From NCBI GenBank assembly GCA_051388875.1, contig JBMFFR010000001.1:58876-90875 (forward strand): a DNA stretch of 32,000 nucleotides, in the 5' to 3' direction. Below are positions 1-9,544 of the stretch, piece after piece. The stretch's first letter is position 1, and the number at the start of each line of letters is the position of its first letter. A program made the translations under genes and the position numbers. A model generated the notes under the pieces. The model was not told the origin of the DNA, did not search any database, and worked only from the letters and a program-made list of their open reading frames with translations. This DNA comes from Candidatus Brocadiia bacterium JP1. Its GTDB lineage: Bacteria > Planctomycetota > Brocadiia > Brocadiales > Bathyanammoxibiaceae.

Positions 1-965
1 GGTACGCTAATCGTCTTTTTGGGGACATAAGCGGGGCCACTATCCGAAAGATATTTGTTAAATGCCTCCTGTATGTCAAAACAATAACCCTTTTTATATA
101 GCGTTTCTGCCATGTGCATCCTGCCAGGGGGGCTGTTGCCAGCCAGGTCTAAAACCTCCTGGGCCTCTAAATGTACACCGAGGACTTCCAGCTTCTCCAG
201 TACGGCCGAGACCCTCTCCACCCTGTCCCTCTTCATCTCTTCCAACTTGTTCAATAGATTACTTTCTTCAATGTCTATGAAGAGACCTAGAATGTGTATC
301 TCGTTTGGATGTAAATAACCCGAAAGTTCTATCCCAGGTATAACGTATATGCCGCTAATTTCACCAAATTTTTGGGCAATCCTTATACCGTCTATGCTAT
401 CATGGTCGGTTATGGCAATTGCCTTAAGCCCAACGTTAGCGGCCTCTCTCACTATCTCTTCTGGGGTAAAGGTGCCATCAGAGCAGATTGTGTGTACGTG
501 TAGGTCAGCCTCTCCGCTACCTTCCAAAAGTTGTTCTCTATCCTCGCCTTTCATCTCTTTTTTACAAAAACTTGAATAAATCTTATCCAAAACACCATTA
601 ACGAAGGTGCCGGAGTTAGCAGTACTGTATTTTTTGGCCAGTTCTATCGCTTCATTTATAGAAACCTTGGGTGGAATATCCTCCTTGTATAAAAGTTCAT
701 ATATGGACAATCTCAATATGCAGCGGTCAACGGTAGCCATCCTGGGGAGTTCCCAATGCTCGGCGACCGCTGTAATCTTTTTATCAATTTGGGCCTTTGC
801 TCCGTAAGAGCCTTCAATCAGTTGTGTGGCATACTGGGATACCTCTGTGTCTTCTGCACTTTCTATGCAAAAGTTCAGGGCATCTTCAAGGGCCTCTTCT
901 CCGCGAATCTCTAACTGGTAAAGGGCCTGAAGGGCTAACTCCCTCGCCCTGGTACGTTTTCTCAT
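1..965 (-). CDS. nusB: NusB transcription antitermination factor followed in frame by a PHP-domain metal-dependent phosphoesterase (partial, runs off window start)
   Basis: Manual minus-strand translation from ATG at 965: [32 protein letters not shown]...[116 protein letters not shown]... No stop to position 1. The ORF track lists no closed ORF here, which agrees with the frame being open to the edge. Confidence 0.85.
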   Translation of the reverse strand, partial: MRKRTRARELALQALYQLEIRGEEALEDALNFCIESAEDTEVSQYATQLIEGSYGAKAQIDKKITAVAEHWELPRMATVDRCILRLSIYELLYKEDIPPKVSINEAIELAKKYSTANSGTFVNGVLDKIYSSFCKKEMKGEDREQLLEGSGEADLHVHTICSDGTFTPEEIVREAANVGLKAIAITDHDSIDGIRIAQKFGEISGIYVIPGIELSGYLHPNEIHILGLFIDIEESNLLNKLEEMKRDRVERVSAVLEKLEVLGVHLEAQEVLDLAGNSPPGRMHMAETLYKKGYCFDIQEAFNKYLSDSGPAYVPKKTISV

Positions 966-1465
966 CTGGCTTTAACTGATTTTTGGCCTTTAACCCTCTC
1001 AAGGAGGTTGGCCATCTCTATCGCACTCATTGCTGCCTCGGCACCGCGATTTCCGCTCCTTGTGCCAGCGCGGTCTATCGCATGCTCCAATGTCTCTGCC
1101 GTGATTACACCAAAGATCGTGGGTACCTCTGTCTCAAGGGTTACCTGGGCGATACCCTTTGTAACCTCGCCGGCTACATACTCAAAGTGGGGCGTCTGTC
1201 CCCTCAGTACGGCCCCGAGACATATTACGCTATTATAACGCCCTGTCTTTGCCATAACCTTAGCTACTAAAGGTATCTCAAAGGAACCTGGCACCCAATA
1301 CACATCTATATCCTCTGGCTTAACTCCATGCCTGATAAGACAGTCCTGTGCACCCTCCAGCAGTTTCCTGGAAATAAACTCGTTAAATCTACTTACCACT
1401 ATACCAAATGCCTTACCAGTGGCAATTAAACCGCCCTGATATGTCTCACCCATGTGTTGTTCCAT
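962..1465 (-). CDS. ribH: 6,7-dimethyl-8-ribityllumazine synthase
   Basis: [17 protein letters not shown]...[12 protein letters not shown]...[66 protein letters not shown]; stop overlaps the nusB start (ATGA). Confidence 0.96.
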   Translation of the reverse strand: MEQHMGETYQGGLIATGKAFGIVVSRFNEFISRKLLEGAQDCLIRHGVKPEDIDVYWVPGSFEIPLVAKVMAKTGRYNSVICLGAVLRGQTPHFEYVAGEVTKGIAQVTLETEVPTIFGVITAETLEHAIDRAGTRSGNRGAEAAMSAIEMANLLERVKGQKSVKAR

Positions 1466-1578
1466 TTTTTGTTTTAAGGTGAATAGATTAAATTTTGGTT
1501 TAAAATCACATGCTGGGCTAAAATACCAGAAAGGTAATCCCGTTTCAAGATATTTCAGTCCCTTGTAAATTTTCTATA

Positions 1579-2946
1579 TTGCAATATTATAGCACAAAAA
1601 GTGCCATGACTACTGAACAATTGAAAGAAGAAGGCGAAGAAAAGAGGCTCTCTCTCGGAGAACACCTGGAGGAACTGCGCCTCAGGGTAATTATCTGCAT
1701 CATCGCCCTTGTTATATGTTTCATAATCTCCTGGTTCTTTAAATCCCAAATCCTCTGGATAGCCAAAAGGCCCCACAGCCTTACTATGGAATCCCTCGGT
1801 CTATCGGCTACCCTTAAGGTGCTAAGCTATCAGGAAGGGTTCTTTGCCTATCTAAAGTTGTGTCTTATAAGCGCCTTATTCCTTTCTTACCCAATGGCCC
1901 TGTATCAGGCATGGAAGTTTGTAAGCGTTGGACTCTACGGGCACGAGCGACGTTACATTAAAATGTTCCTGCCCTTTTCCATGGGGGCCTTTGTGTTGGG
2001 TGGACTCTTCGGGTACTTTATCCTTATCCCTCTAGCACTCCAATTCTTGATCCGCATCCTGGGGCCTGACATAGAACCCATCATCACCATTAGTCAGTAC
2101 ATATCTCTTGTTTTTCTCCTAACGCTGGCCTTGGGATTAGTCTTTCAGTTGCCCCTGCTTATGTTATTACTTAACAGGATTGGGTTTATTAAAGCAGATG
2201 ACTACGTCAGGTGGAGAAAGTTTGCCATTCTGGGTGCATTTATACTTGCTGCCCTTATTACGCCTACTGCCGACCCCTTTACCCAGACCGGTACTGCCCT
2301 GCCCATAATGGCCCTTTACGAGGTGGGAATCCTGCTGGCAAGGCCTACCCGTAAGGGGTTTCTTTACGCAGGGGGCCTTGCAGGAGCAATTTTATTACTG
2401 ATTTTGGGTGCCTACGCCTACCTCACCCTCCCGCCCGTCGGTGAGGTGCAGAAGACTATGGGTGTGGTGGAAGCCTTACCAAAGGTTAAGCACGATACGA
2501 CCCCCGTAAAGCTTTACAAGGGCACCACTTTGCTCACAGCAAAGAGCTCCAGCGCTAAACTAGCCTTAAGGGGTGGCGGATATATTTACAAAGGCGAGGG
2601 CGCTACGCTATATATCAATGAATCCTCTAAGGTTGTATTTCTGGGGCAACAAAGTGTAGAAGTAGTGGAAGGAGAGCTCTTTGTTGCACTTCAGGAAGGT
2701 AAAGGCCCCTTTGCTATAAATACCACCTCCTGCACAATAAGCTTTGAGGGTGGAGAGATAAATATAAAGGTGCTTGCGAACACCACTACAATTACATGTG
2801 TAAAGGGCAGGGCGGTTGTAACAATTGGGGAAGAGAAGAAAGAGGTCCTGGGAGGTCGTCAACTCAAGGTAAGCCCCGGGGGAGAGCCAGTAGAGGTGGA
2901 AAAAGTGATAGAGTGGGTGAAAAGAGTGGAAAAGGGTGTAAATTAG
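1579..2946 (+). CDS. tatC: Twin-arginine translocase TatC with an additional C-terminal TM and FecR-like domain
   Basis: LGEHLEELRLRVI start, multiple TM helices and the TatC-type core ITPTADPFTQTGTALPIMALYEVGILLA. An extra TM (AGAILLLILGAYAYLTL) is followed by about 170 aa with FecR-like texture. The true start may be the internal ATG at 1606. Confidence 0.9.
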   Translation: MQYYSTKSAMTTEQLKEEGEEKRLSLGEHLEELRLRVIICIIALVICFIISWFFKSQILWIAKRPHSLTMESLGLSATLKVLSYQEGFFAYLKLCLISALFLSYPMALYQAWKFVSVGLYGHERRYIKMFLPFSMGAFVLGGLFGYFILIPLALQFLIRILGPDIEPIITISQYISLVFLLTLALGLVFQLPLLMLLLNRIGFIKADDYVRWRKFAILGAFILAALITPTADPFTQTGTALPIMALYEVGILLARPTRKGFLYAGGLAGAILLLILGAYAYLTLPPVGEVQKTMGVVEALPKVKHDTTPVKLYKGTTLLTAKSSSAKLALRGGGYIYKGEGATLYINESSKVVFLGQQSVEVVEGELFVALQEGKGPFAINTTSCTISFEGGEINIKVLANTTTITCVKGRAVVTIGEEKKEVLGGRQLKVSPGGEPVEVEKVIEWVKRVEKGVN

Positions 2947-3080
2947 TTGAGGACATCTAATCTAATTTGTCAATCATACATAGAGATAAGGGAACGCCTT
3001 GCGGCACTAGAGGCAAGACTCCCTGCACTTCAGAAGTCTTAACCCTCTAACAGCACATTTACCATTTAGTCAGGTCGTGT

Positions 3081-4034
3081 CTATTCCCTCTGCAACCTCT
3101 TTTCCAAAAATATATCCTTTCGCTGTATGAATAAAGTTATTTCAGTGGTCCTTCCCCGTGCTTCAGATACTTTAACGAACTCATCCAGCGTGTTCACTTT
3201 TTGTCCGTTTATTGCCAAAATGAGGTCCCCTACTAGCAACCCTGCCCTTTCGGAAGGGCAACCAGGGTAAATTTGTATCACCCTTGCCCCCTGCTCACCC
3301 TGAGAAACCACAAGTCCAGTAAAAAGGCTTAGAGGAGGTGGGCTTTGGGGCTTTTCCTCTGCCGTTCTGTTTATATCTTTGTCTTTCTTATAAGCCTCGT
3401 TTACGATGTCGGGCGTCTTGTCCTTTAATACTTCTTCCAGTTTGGGAATTGGTCTTCCAGATAATTCAGTCGCACTAAGAAGCGAGGTCACATATTCAAT
3501 CGGCACTGCAAAATTGATACTTTGCCCTTTCTCAATAAACATAGTAGCAATACCTATACACAGACCCGAAATATTTATTACTGGACTCCCGCTAGACCCA
3601 GGAGAAATAGGCGCACTTATTTGCAGGATTTTAGTTTTCTTATCTTCCGAAACTCTAATAGCGGATATAATTCCCTCTGTAACAGTATTTTGAAGTCCTA
3701 GCGGACTGCCAATAACAACTATCTTCTCCCCAATAGATACTTTATCTGAACTACCTAAAGGTATTATTGGAAGATTGTTAGTTTTTATCTTTAAAATGGC
3801 AATATCATTGATACTGTCCCTCTTTAAGACATTAGCCCAATAGTAGGTCCCATCAGGAAAGGTTACAAAAGGAGTCAAGCCTGGTTGGAGGACATGATTA
3901 TTGGTAACGATTATCCCATTTGGGTCAATCACAAATCCGGTTCCTTGCCCACCCTTTTGGAAATAAGAATCGTAAATAGAAATTGAAACTACTGAGTTCC
4001 AATACATTGAGGCTATATCTTGAGTAGATAACAC
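3081..4034 (-). CDS. HtrA/DegP-like trypsin-family serine protease with C-terminal PDZ domain
   Basis: Catalytic triad contexts VTNNHVL (His), NDIAILKI (Asp), SPGSSGSPVI (Ser); PDZ region ARVIQIYPGCPSERAGLLVGDLILAINGQKVNTLDEF. GTG start; no obvious signal peptide. Confidence 0.93.
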   Translation of the reverse strand: MLSTQDIASMYWNSVVSISIYDSYFQKGGQGTGFVIDPNGIIVTNNHVLQPGLTPFVTFPDGTYYWANVLKRDSINDIAILKIKTNNLPIIPLGSSDKVSIGEKIVVIGSPLGLQNTVTEGIISAIRVSEDKKTKILQISAPISPGSSGSPVINISGLCIGIATMFIEKGQSINFAVPIEYVTSLLSATELSGRPIPKLEEVLKDKTPDIVNEAYKKDKDINRTAEEKPQSPPPLSLFTGLVVSQGEQGARVIQIYPGCPSERAGLLVGDLILAINGQKVNTLDEFVKVSEARGRTTEITLFIQRKDIFLEKRLQRE

Positions 4035-4067
4035 TCCAGTTTTAGTTTCTTGGCGAGATGGCAGATT

Positions 4068-4319
4068 TTATGCATATTCAGGTGGCTTTGGTGTGGTAGG
4101 AATTTGTGAACGAGCAATAGTCTTTCCAATATTTTCTTGACGTGCTACGGACTCTACCCAAAACCATAAAATCAGTAGCCCTATTGGCAGCGCAAATCTG
4201 ATTCTTCCAACTTTTTTTACTTGTAAAACCTGTGTTTTTATGATGGCATCTGCAATACTTCGTTTTGCATTTAAAAGGGAAGGTATAGTTGCTAAAGTAT
4301 AAAAAGGTATCAAAAACAT
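4068..4319 (-). CDS. Small membrane ORF, probably the frame-shifted C-terminal end of the upstream RDD-domain protein
   Basis: [36 protein letters not shown] resembles the last part of an RDD domain (RxxLxDxxxxTxV). It overlaps the end of the 4310-5860 ORF in the -1 frame. Confidence 0.55.
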   Translation of the reverse strand: MFLIPFYTLATIPSLLNAKRSIADAIIKTQVLQVKKVGRIRFALPIGLLILWFWVESVARQENIGKTIARSQIPTTPKPPEYA

Positions 4320-5860
4320 AAATATCGTAAAAGGGCCCTCTTTTTCGTTAGTGGTGCTTCTGGAAGTGTAAAAACTTTAATACCTATGAATCTTTCCCCA
4401 ATGGTCTGTCGGCCGTGTGATTGCAGATACATGAAGTAGATAAAGTACAGTGGGAAAATTAGAAGATATCCTAGGAATACTAATAAGCTAGGATAAATTA
4501 CAATATATACATACCACAAAAGAGCTTCCATACCGCAGGTCAAAATTGAAAAATCTATAATGTAAGCAAAAACCCTTAACCAAATGCCAGCTCTAGGCGT
4601 GTCACTAGAGGTTGAAGGCCCCCCTTGTTTAGATTTCCCACTCATGCCCGACGCGGGCGGTTCTTGGTTTTGATGCCTCCATTGGTCATCCCAACTCCGC
4701 TCAGTTCTACTGTGAGATTCCTTTTTTGTTTTATCTTGGCAGTGTTGACATAATTTTCCCTCTCCTTCTGTTTCTTTTCCGCAAGATGGGCAAATTCTAG
4801 CGCTACGCCTAGAGTGCTTTCTAAGTTCATTAGCACACAACGCCATTAATTCTGGAAGTATAACCGCATTGTCTTTTGACATTGGTACTCTTGTAAATTC
4901 ACGCTGTCCTTTACCTATTACGTTTTTGTATAATATGATGTAGCCTTCCTGAATATCAGAACCATCGTATTGATTCCATGCAAGAAACTCTGGATCTCTA
5001 AACCATCTTTCCTTCCAAAATCCGGTTTTTGATAGTGTTATTCCCGCAATTGATACAGAGCTTTCAATCTCTGATATTACACGATAAAATTTTTTTACTA
5101 TGATTGGTTCAATGAGAGATTTAGACAAAAAAATCAATTTACCAAACAATTCCGTCTTTTCTTTATTTCCTGCTAGAAAAAGCCCAGAGCTAAAAGTAAC
5201 CAATATCATGTCTGAGTCCGTCTTTATGGAAAAACTGTAGCTCTGGTCTATAAGAATTATTGAAGTTCGTTCTGAATCATAAGAAATGGACACAATGTCT
5301 TTATAAAAAAGTTTTTCCCCATCATATTCAACATACACCTCTGAAAAAGTAATCGCCTTATTTTTAGAAATTTGGAGTGTAATAAAATCTTTTTTATCTG
5401 TGAAAGGATAGTCAAAGACTTCACTACAAGAAGGGCATGTAACTTGCAAGGCCAGTCCTTCAGGGACTTTAAGCTTTTGCTCACAGCTAGGGCAAGTGAT
5501 AATTACTTTCTCCGGCTCTTGTTCAACATCAGGTTCTTCTTCCTCTTCTTCCTCTTCAGTGCTTCGTGTTTCCCAATAATCGTTAGTCTGATATTTACCT
5601 CTTTCTTCCGTCTCTTTCTCTAGCTCCTTTAAGTAGGCATCGTACTGCCTTCGTTTCTCCGGGTCGCTTAAAATTTGGTACGCTTCATTTATCAACTTAA
5701 CTTTTTCCTGAGCCTCTTGCTTCAGTCGGGATAAGTAGGAGGGTATCCTGTCGGGATGGTATTCTTTGGCTAGACGCCGAAACGAAACAGAAATTTCTTG
5801 CTGAGTTGCCGATTCGGCAACTTCTAAGATTTCATAATAATGCGGATTATCAAAACGCAT
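4310..5860 (-). CDS. DnaJ-domain protein with two zinc ribbons, a central uncharacterised domain and an RDD-type membrane domain
   Basis: J-domain [34 protein letters not shown]; zinc ribbons [23 protein letters not shown] and [18 protein letters not shown]; RDD region [14 protein letters not shown]...[16 protein letters not shown]. Confidence 0.88.
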   Translation of the reverse strand: MRFDNPHYYEILEVAESATQQEISVSFRRLAKEYHPDRIPSYLSRLKQEAQEKVKLINEAYQILSDPEKRRQYDAYLKELEKETEERGKYQTNDYWETRSTEEEEEEEEPDVEQEPEKVIITCPSCEQKLKVPEGLALQVTCPSCSEVFDYPFTDKKDFITLQISKNKAITFSEVYVEYDGEKLFYKDIVSISYDSERTSIILIDQSYSFSIKTDSDMILVTFSSGLFLAGNKEKTELFGKLIFLSKSLIEPIIVKKFYRVISEIESSVSIAGITLSKTGFWKERWFRDPEFLAWNQYDGSDIQEGYIILYKNVIGKGQREFTRVPMSKDNAVILPELMALCANELRKHSRRSARICPSCGKETEGEGKLCQHCQDKTKKESHSRTERSWDDQWRHQNQEPPASGMSGKSKQGGPSTSSDTPRAGIWLRVFAYIIDFSILTCGMEALLWYVYIVIYPSLLVFLGYLLIFPLYFIYFMYLQSHGRQTIGERFIGIKVFTLPEAPLTKKRALLRYLCF

Positions 5861-5880
5861 TTTTAAACAAGTAAATTCAA

Positions 5881-6351
5881 TTATCTGGGTTTAATTCTTA
5901 TTGGGATTTCTTCACCCGTATGTGGGTCTTCTATATAGCCACGATAACCTCCACGATAATCAGGTCTTAGCCTTATATCACCTCGGTGGAAGTCGTAACG
6001 ATGCTTTATTTCTCCCTTATATCCTCCTAAATAATCGGGCCTCAACCTAATGTCATAACTATCCCGCAAAAGGTCGTAAGGGTTTTCTATCTCTCCCCTA
6101 TAGCCTCCCAGGTAATTCGGCCTTAGTCTCACATCATAGCCGTCCAGTTCACCACTATAGCCTCCAAAGTAATCCTGCCTAAGTTTTATATCTTGACTAC
6201 CTAAGATTCCGAGGTAATTATGGGAAAGTAGTGTACCAGGAGGACTAATAGTGCCCGGAGAAACATAACCAGAGCTAGAATAATAAGGGGCAGGAGAAGA
6301 ATAAACACAACCTGATAGAGAAAATAGGAATATTAAAACTACCCCATCTCA
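5881..6351 (-). CDS. Putative repeat-containing lipoprotein without a canonical in-frame start
   Basis: The track shows only 5881-6132 (GTG). Manual upstream translation in the same frame gives [70 protein letters not shown], with a lipobox-like LSGC, before four D[IV][RK]LRx[DN]YxGGYxGE[IL] repeats. The upstream boundary is the in-frame TGA at 6351-6349. Confidence 0.55.
5884..6195 (-). repeat. Four degenerate protein-coding tandem repeats, consensus D(I/V)[14 protein letters not shown]
   Basis: [16 protein letters not shown] / [16 protein letters not shown] / [16 protein letters not shown] / [16 protein letters not shown] read directly from the translation. Confidence 0.85.
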
Positions 6352-6426
6352 AATCTCTCCCTTGCTGCTTTTAATTAAATACTGGCCAGTGTTCTACGTC
6401 AAGCTAATTTTGTGAAATAGATGACC

Positions 6427-8202
6427 TTAGTCTTCCAGCGTAGAAAGGTCGCCCTCTGGCAATCCCATCTCTCTGGCTTTTAGCAGGCGTCGCATGATTT
6501 TGCCACTGCGGGTCTTAGGGATGCTTTCCATGAATTGTATCTCTCGCGGATAGGCGTGGGCAGAGAGGCGATGTCTGATAAATTCCTTTATCTCGTCCTC
6601 TAATTCTCTGGAGGGTTCGTAACCATATCTCAGTACAATAAAGGCCTTTATAATCTGCCCCCTCTCCGGGTCTGGCTTACCGATGACGCCTGCCTCGGCT
6701 ATTGCCCTGTGTTCTACTAATGCACTTTCTACCTCAAAAGGCCCAACCCTGTGCCCTGCTGTCATTATCACGTCATCGGCCCGTCCTATGAACCAGAAGT
6801 AGCCGTCTTTATCCATATAGGCATTATCCCCTGTGGTGTACCAACCCGGGATGCTGAAGTACTCTTTGTATCGCTTTTCATCACCCCAGAGTGCCCGCAT
6901 CATGGAAGGCCAACCCGGCTTCAAGGCCAATATGCCACTATTCCCAGGGGGGAGTTTATTGCCTTTATAATCAATAATGGCTGCTTCTGTACCGGGGAAG
7001 GGTTTGCCCATGGAGCCGGGCCTTACTGGCATACAGGGATAGTTAGCTATCATTATGGAGCCAGTCTCTGTTTGCCACCAGGTATCGTGTATGCACAGGT
7101 CAAACACCTCCATCCCCCAGCGAATTACCTCTGGGTTGAGCGGCTCCCCCACACTCAATATATGGCGGAGACTCTTAAGGTTATACTTTTTGACTACGTC
7201 CGGACCTGCCTTCATGAGCATTCTCAGGGCCGTAGGGGCGGTGTACCATACCGTTACCCCATAACGTTCTATGGTAGAATACCACTGCTCGGCATCAAAT
7301 CGCCCTTCAAGTACTACCTGTGAACAACCGTTTAGCCACGGTGCCCAGAGGCCGTAAACTGTGCCTGTAACCCAGCCGGGGTCAGCCGTACACCAGTAAA
7401 CATCTTCCTCCTGTAAATCTAAGACCCATTTGGCAGTAATGTGGTGTGAAATCATATCATGATGTACATGAACTACCCCTTTAGGCTTGCCGGTAGTCCC
7501 AGAGGTGTAAAGGATATAGAGGGGGTCGTCTAGTTCCATGTCCTCCACCTCAAGCTTCTTTGAAGCTTTTTGCACTTCACTTTCAAAGCTTACCTCACCC
7601 TTCCATAGCTCGTCTTTGGTCCCTATTATTATCACGTGTTTTAAATCTGGCAGCTCATCCCAAACGTGATGTATACGCTCCCTAAGGGAAGTGTGGGTGA
7701 TTAGTGCCTTCGCGCCACTATCCAGAAGGCGGTCACGTAGGGCCTCCGGCCCAAAGGCTGAAAACATCGGGCCTGCTACTGCCCCAATCTTTGCTATCGC
7801 AATAATACTTGTATAGAGTTCAGGTATCCTGGGGAGAAAGACAAAGACCCTGTCGCCACGTCTCACACCTAGGCTCAATAACATATTGGCGATACGGTTA
7901 GCCTCAACATGCAACTCTGCAAAGGTACATTTAGAGCTTGTACTTACCCTCGCTAGCCCTGCCGCCCCTTCCCAGTAAAGAGCTACCTTGTTTTTTCTCC
8001 AGGACTCTACATGCCGGTCAATGGCACTGAGTGCGATATTGACCTTTTCGGTAGTAACTTTCTGTGAGCTATGCTTTTTCCCCACTGAGGCAGGTAACCC
8101 TAACTCTTCAGTTACATGCTCCCATCGGAACCCTTTATAGCTTTTTTTGTAGTCTGAGAGATTAGGTTTAAATGGGCTTCTCTTATGTATCTCTTTTTCC
8201 AT
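6427..8202 (-). CDS. acsA: Acetyl-CoA synthetase (AMP-forming acetate--CoA ligase)
   Basis: LYILYTSGTTGKPKGVVH adenylation motif, DVYWCTADPGWVTG, CIHDTWWQTETGSIM, GWYTTGDNAYMDKDGYFWFIGRADDVIMTAGHRVGPFEVESAL, and C-terminal PKTRSGKIMRRLLKA. Confidence 0.95.
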   Translation of the reverse strand: MEKEIHKRSPFKPNLSDYKKSYKGFRWEHVTEELGLPASVGKKHSSQKVTTEKVNIALSAIDRHVESWRKNKVALYWEGAAGLARVSTSSKCTFAELHVEANRIANMLLSLGVRRGDRVFVFLPRIPELYTSIIAIAKIGAVAGPMFSAFGPEALRDRLLDSGAKALITHTSLRERIHHVWDELPDLKHVIIIGTKDELWKGEVSFESEVQKASKKLEVEDMELDDPLYILYTSGTTGKPKGVVHVHHDMISHHITAKWVLDLQEEDVYWCTADPGWVTGTVYGLWAPWLNGCSQVVLEGRFDAEQWYSTIERYGVTVWYTAPTALRMLMKAGPDVVKKYNLKSLRHILSVGEPLNPEVIRWGMEVFDLCIHDTWWQTETGSIMIANYPCMPVRPGSMGKPFPGTEAAIIDYKGNKLPPGNSGILALKPGWPSMMRALWGDEKRYKEYFSIPGWYTTGDNAYMDKDGYFWFIGRADDVIMTAGHRVGPFEVESALVEHRAIAEAGVIGKPDPERGQIIKAFIVLRYGYEPSRELEDEIKEFIRHRLSAHAYPREIQFMESIPKTRSGKIMRRLLKAREMGLPEGDLSTLED

Positions 8203-8310
8203 ATTGACCGGTTAAATTAATTGTTAGATATAAGCTAAATAAATGAACAGGGACATCTGAAAGAGAAAGCGCTCTTATTTCTGTGTCATTAAGGGTTTTC
8301 TGTTCGGCTT

Positions 8311-9174
8311 TTAGCCCTTTGACATATACTTCCCAATTATTAGCCCCAATTCTTTTTTTCTTTCCTCTGGGATGGCCTCTTGCCTTGTTACAATAGCCTC
8401 TTTGAGGGCCGTGGAACAAGGGCAGCTACGCTCTTTGGGTAGTTCGGTTAAGGCCACCTTGATAATCTTTTTGGCGTTTTCCACATTCTTTCTGAGGTTT
8501 GCCATAACTAATTCCGCAGTGACCACTTCCTCTGTCAGATGCCAGCAATCGTAATCCGTAGATAGGGCAAGTGTGGCGTAACATATCTCTGCCTCCCTGG
8601 CTAGCTTTGCCTCCTGGAGGTTTGTCATACCAATTATTGATGCGTTTAACTGGCGGTAAAGCAGTGATTCGGCCCTGGTAGAGAATTGAGGACCTTCAAT
8701 ACAGATATACGTACCCCCTTTATGAACCCTTACCCCAAGATGTTTAGTGGCCCTGTGGAGAGCCTCTGCCACATTAGCACAGACCGGGTCAGCCATGCTT
8801 ACGTGCGCCACTAGCCCATTGCCGAAGAAGCTGTCCTGACGGGCCTTAGTGCGGTCTAAGAATTGGTCAGGGATGACAATATCCAGTGGCCTTATCTCTT
8901 CCCTCATGCTTCCTACTGCGCTAACTGCGATAATTTGTTCTACCCCCAGGTTTTTCATCCCGTAGATATTGGCCCTGAAAGGGAGTTGGCTGGGCAGTAT
9001 GGTATGCCCGGTACCATGTCTGGGGAGGAATACCACCTCCCTTCCCGATAGCTTGCCGACGGTGAAGGCATCGGATGGTTTCCCGAAGGGAGTATCTACT
9101 TCTATCTTCTGGACGTCCTTAATCCCCTCTATATCGTAAAGTCCACTGCCACCAATGATGCCTATTTTGCTCAT
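8311..9174 (-). CDS. mtnP: S-methyl-5'-thioadenosine phosphorylase
   Basis: IGIIGGSGLYDIEG, FLPRHGTGHTILPSQLPFRANIYGMKNLGVEQIIAVSAVGSM, CIEGPQFSTRAES, IIGMTNLQEAKLAREAEICYATLALSTDYDCW. Confidence 0.94.
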   Translation of the reverse strand: MSKIGIIGGSGLYDIEGIKDVQKIEVDTPFGKPSDAFTVGKLSGREVVFLPRHGTGHTILPSQLPFRANIYGMKNLGVEQIIAVSAVGSMREEIRPLDIVIPDQFLDRTKARQDSFFGNGLVAHVSMADPVCANVAEALHRATKHLGVRVHKGGTYICIEGPQFSTRAESLLYRQLNASIIGMTNLQEAKLAREAEICYATLALSTDYDCWHLTEEVVTAELVMANLRKNVENAKKIIKVALTELPKERSCPCSTALKEAIVTRQEAIPEERKKELGLIIGKYMSKG

Positions 9175-9544
9175 GAATTGTTTCCTGTTTGTAGGAGTTG
9201 GGTTTTAAAGAGCCTACTTTATATGTTATTTCCCTGTCAAAATCAACAGCTAATCCAGAACTTGGTAGGAAAGGCCCAATACGATATTACAGTAAGGTCC
9301 GCCTTTAATGAATTGTCATGTAGAAGCTTGAGGATGATAGATTAGATATCTGTGGCATCACCCTCTGCCTCTTGTTGGAGAGGTCTTTTTATGGGAATCT
9401 TAGGACACCCCATTTGTAGTTTATTAGAGACCTCTGATGTGTATGTTCAGCCGTTTTCAAGGGGGGAAATAAAAAAGAAAGAAACATCAATTGGCAAAGG
9501 GTAGGAGAAAATTTGGAAATTCTAATAAGCAGATGTAGACGTGA

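Noticed and set aside
62-979. Plus-strand ORFs in the first kilobase
   Set aside because: All lie antisense to the long open nusB-PHP frame; the reverse strand encodes clear NusB and PHP motifs.
2608-2862. 84 aa minus-strand ORF
   Set aside because: Antisense to the FecR-like tail of tatC; no family resemblance.
5884-6195. CRISPR array or DNA satellite
   Set aside because: The repeats are at protein level, differ in nucleotide sequence and spacing, and sit inside a coding frame.
6751-7323. 190 aa plus-strand ORF
   Set aside because: Lies entirely antisense to acsA, which has strong motifs in the opposite frame; composition (His/Cys/Pro/Tyr-rich) looks like a shadow ORF.
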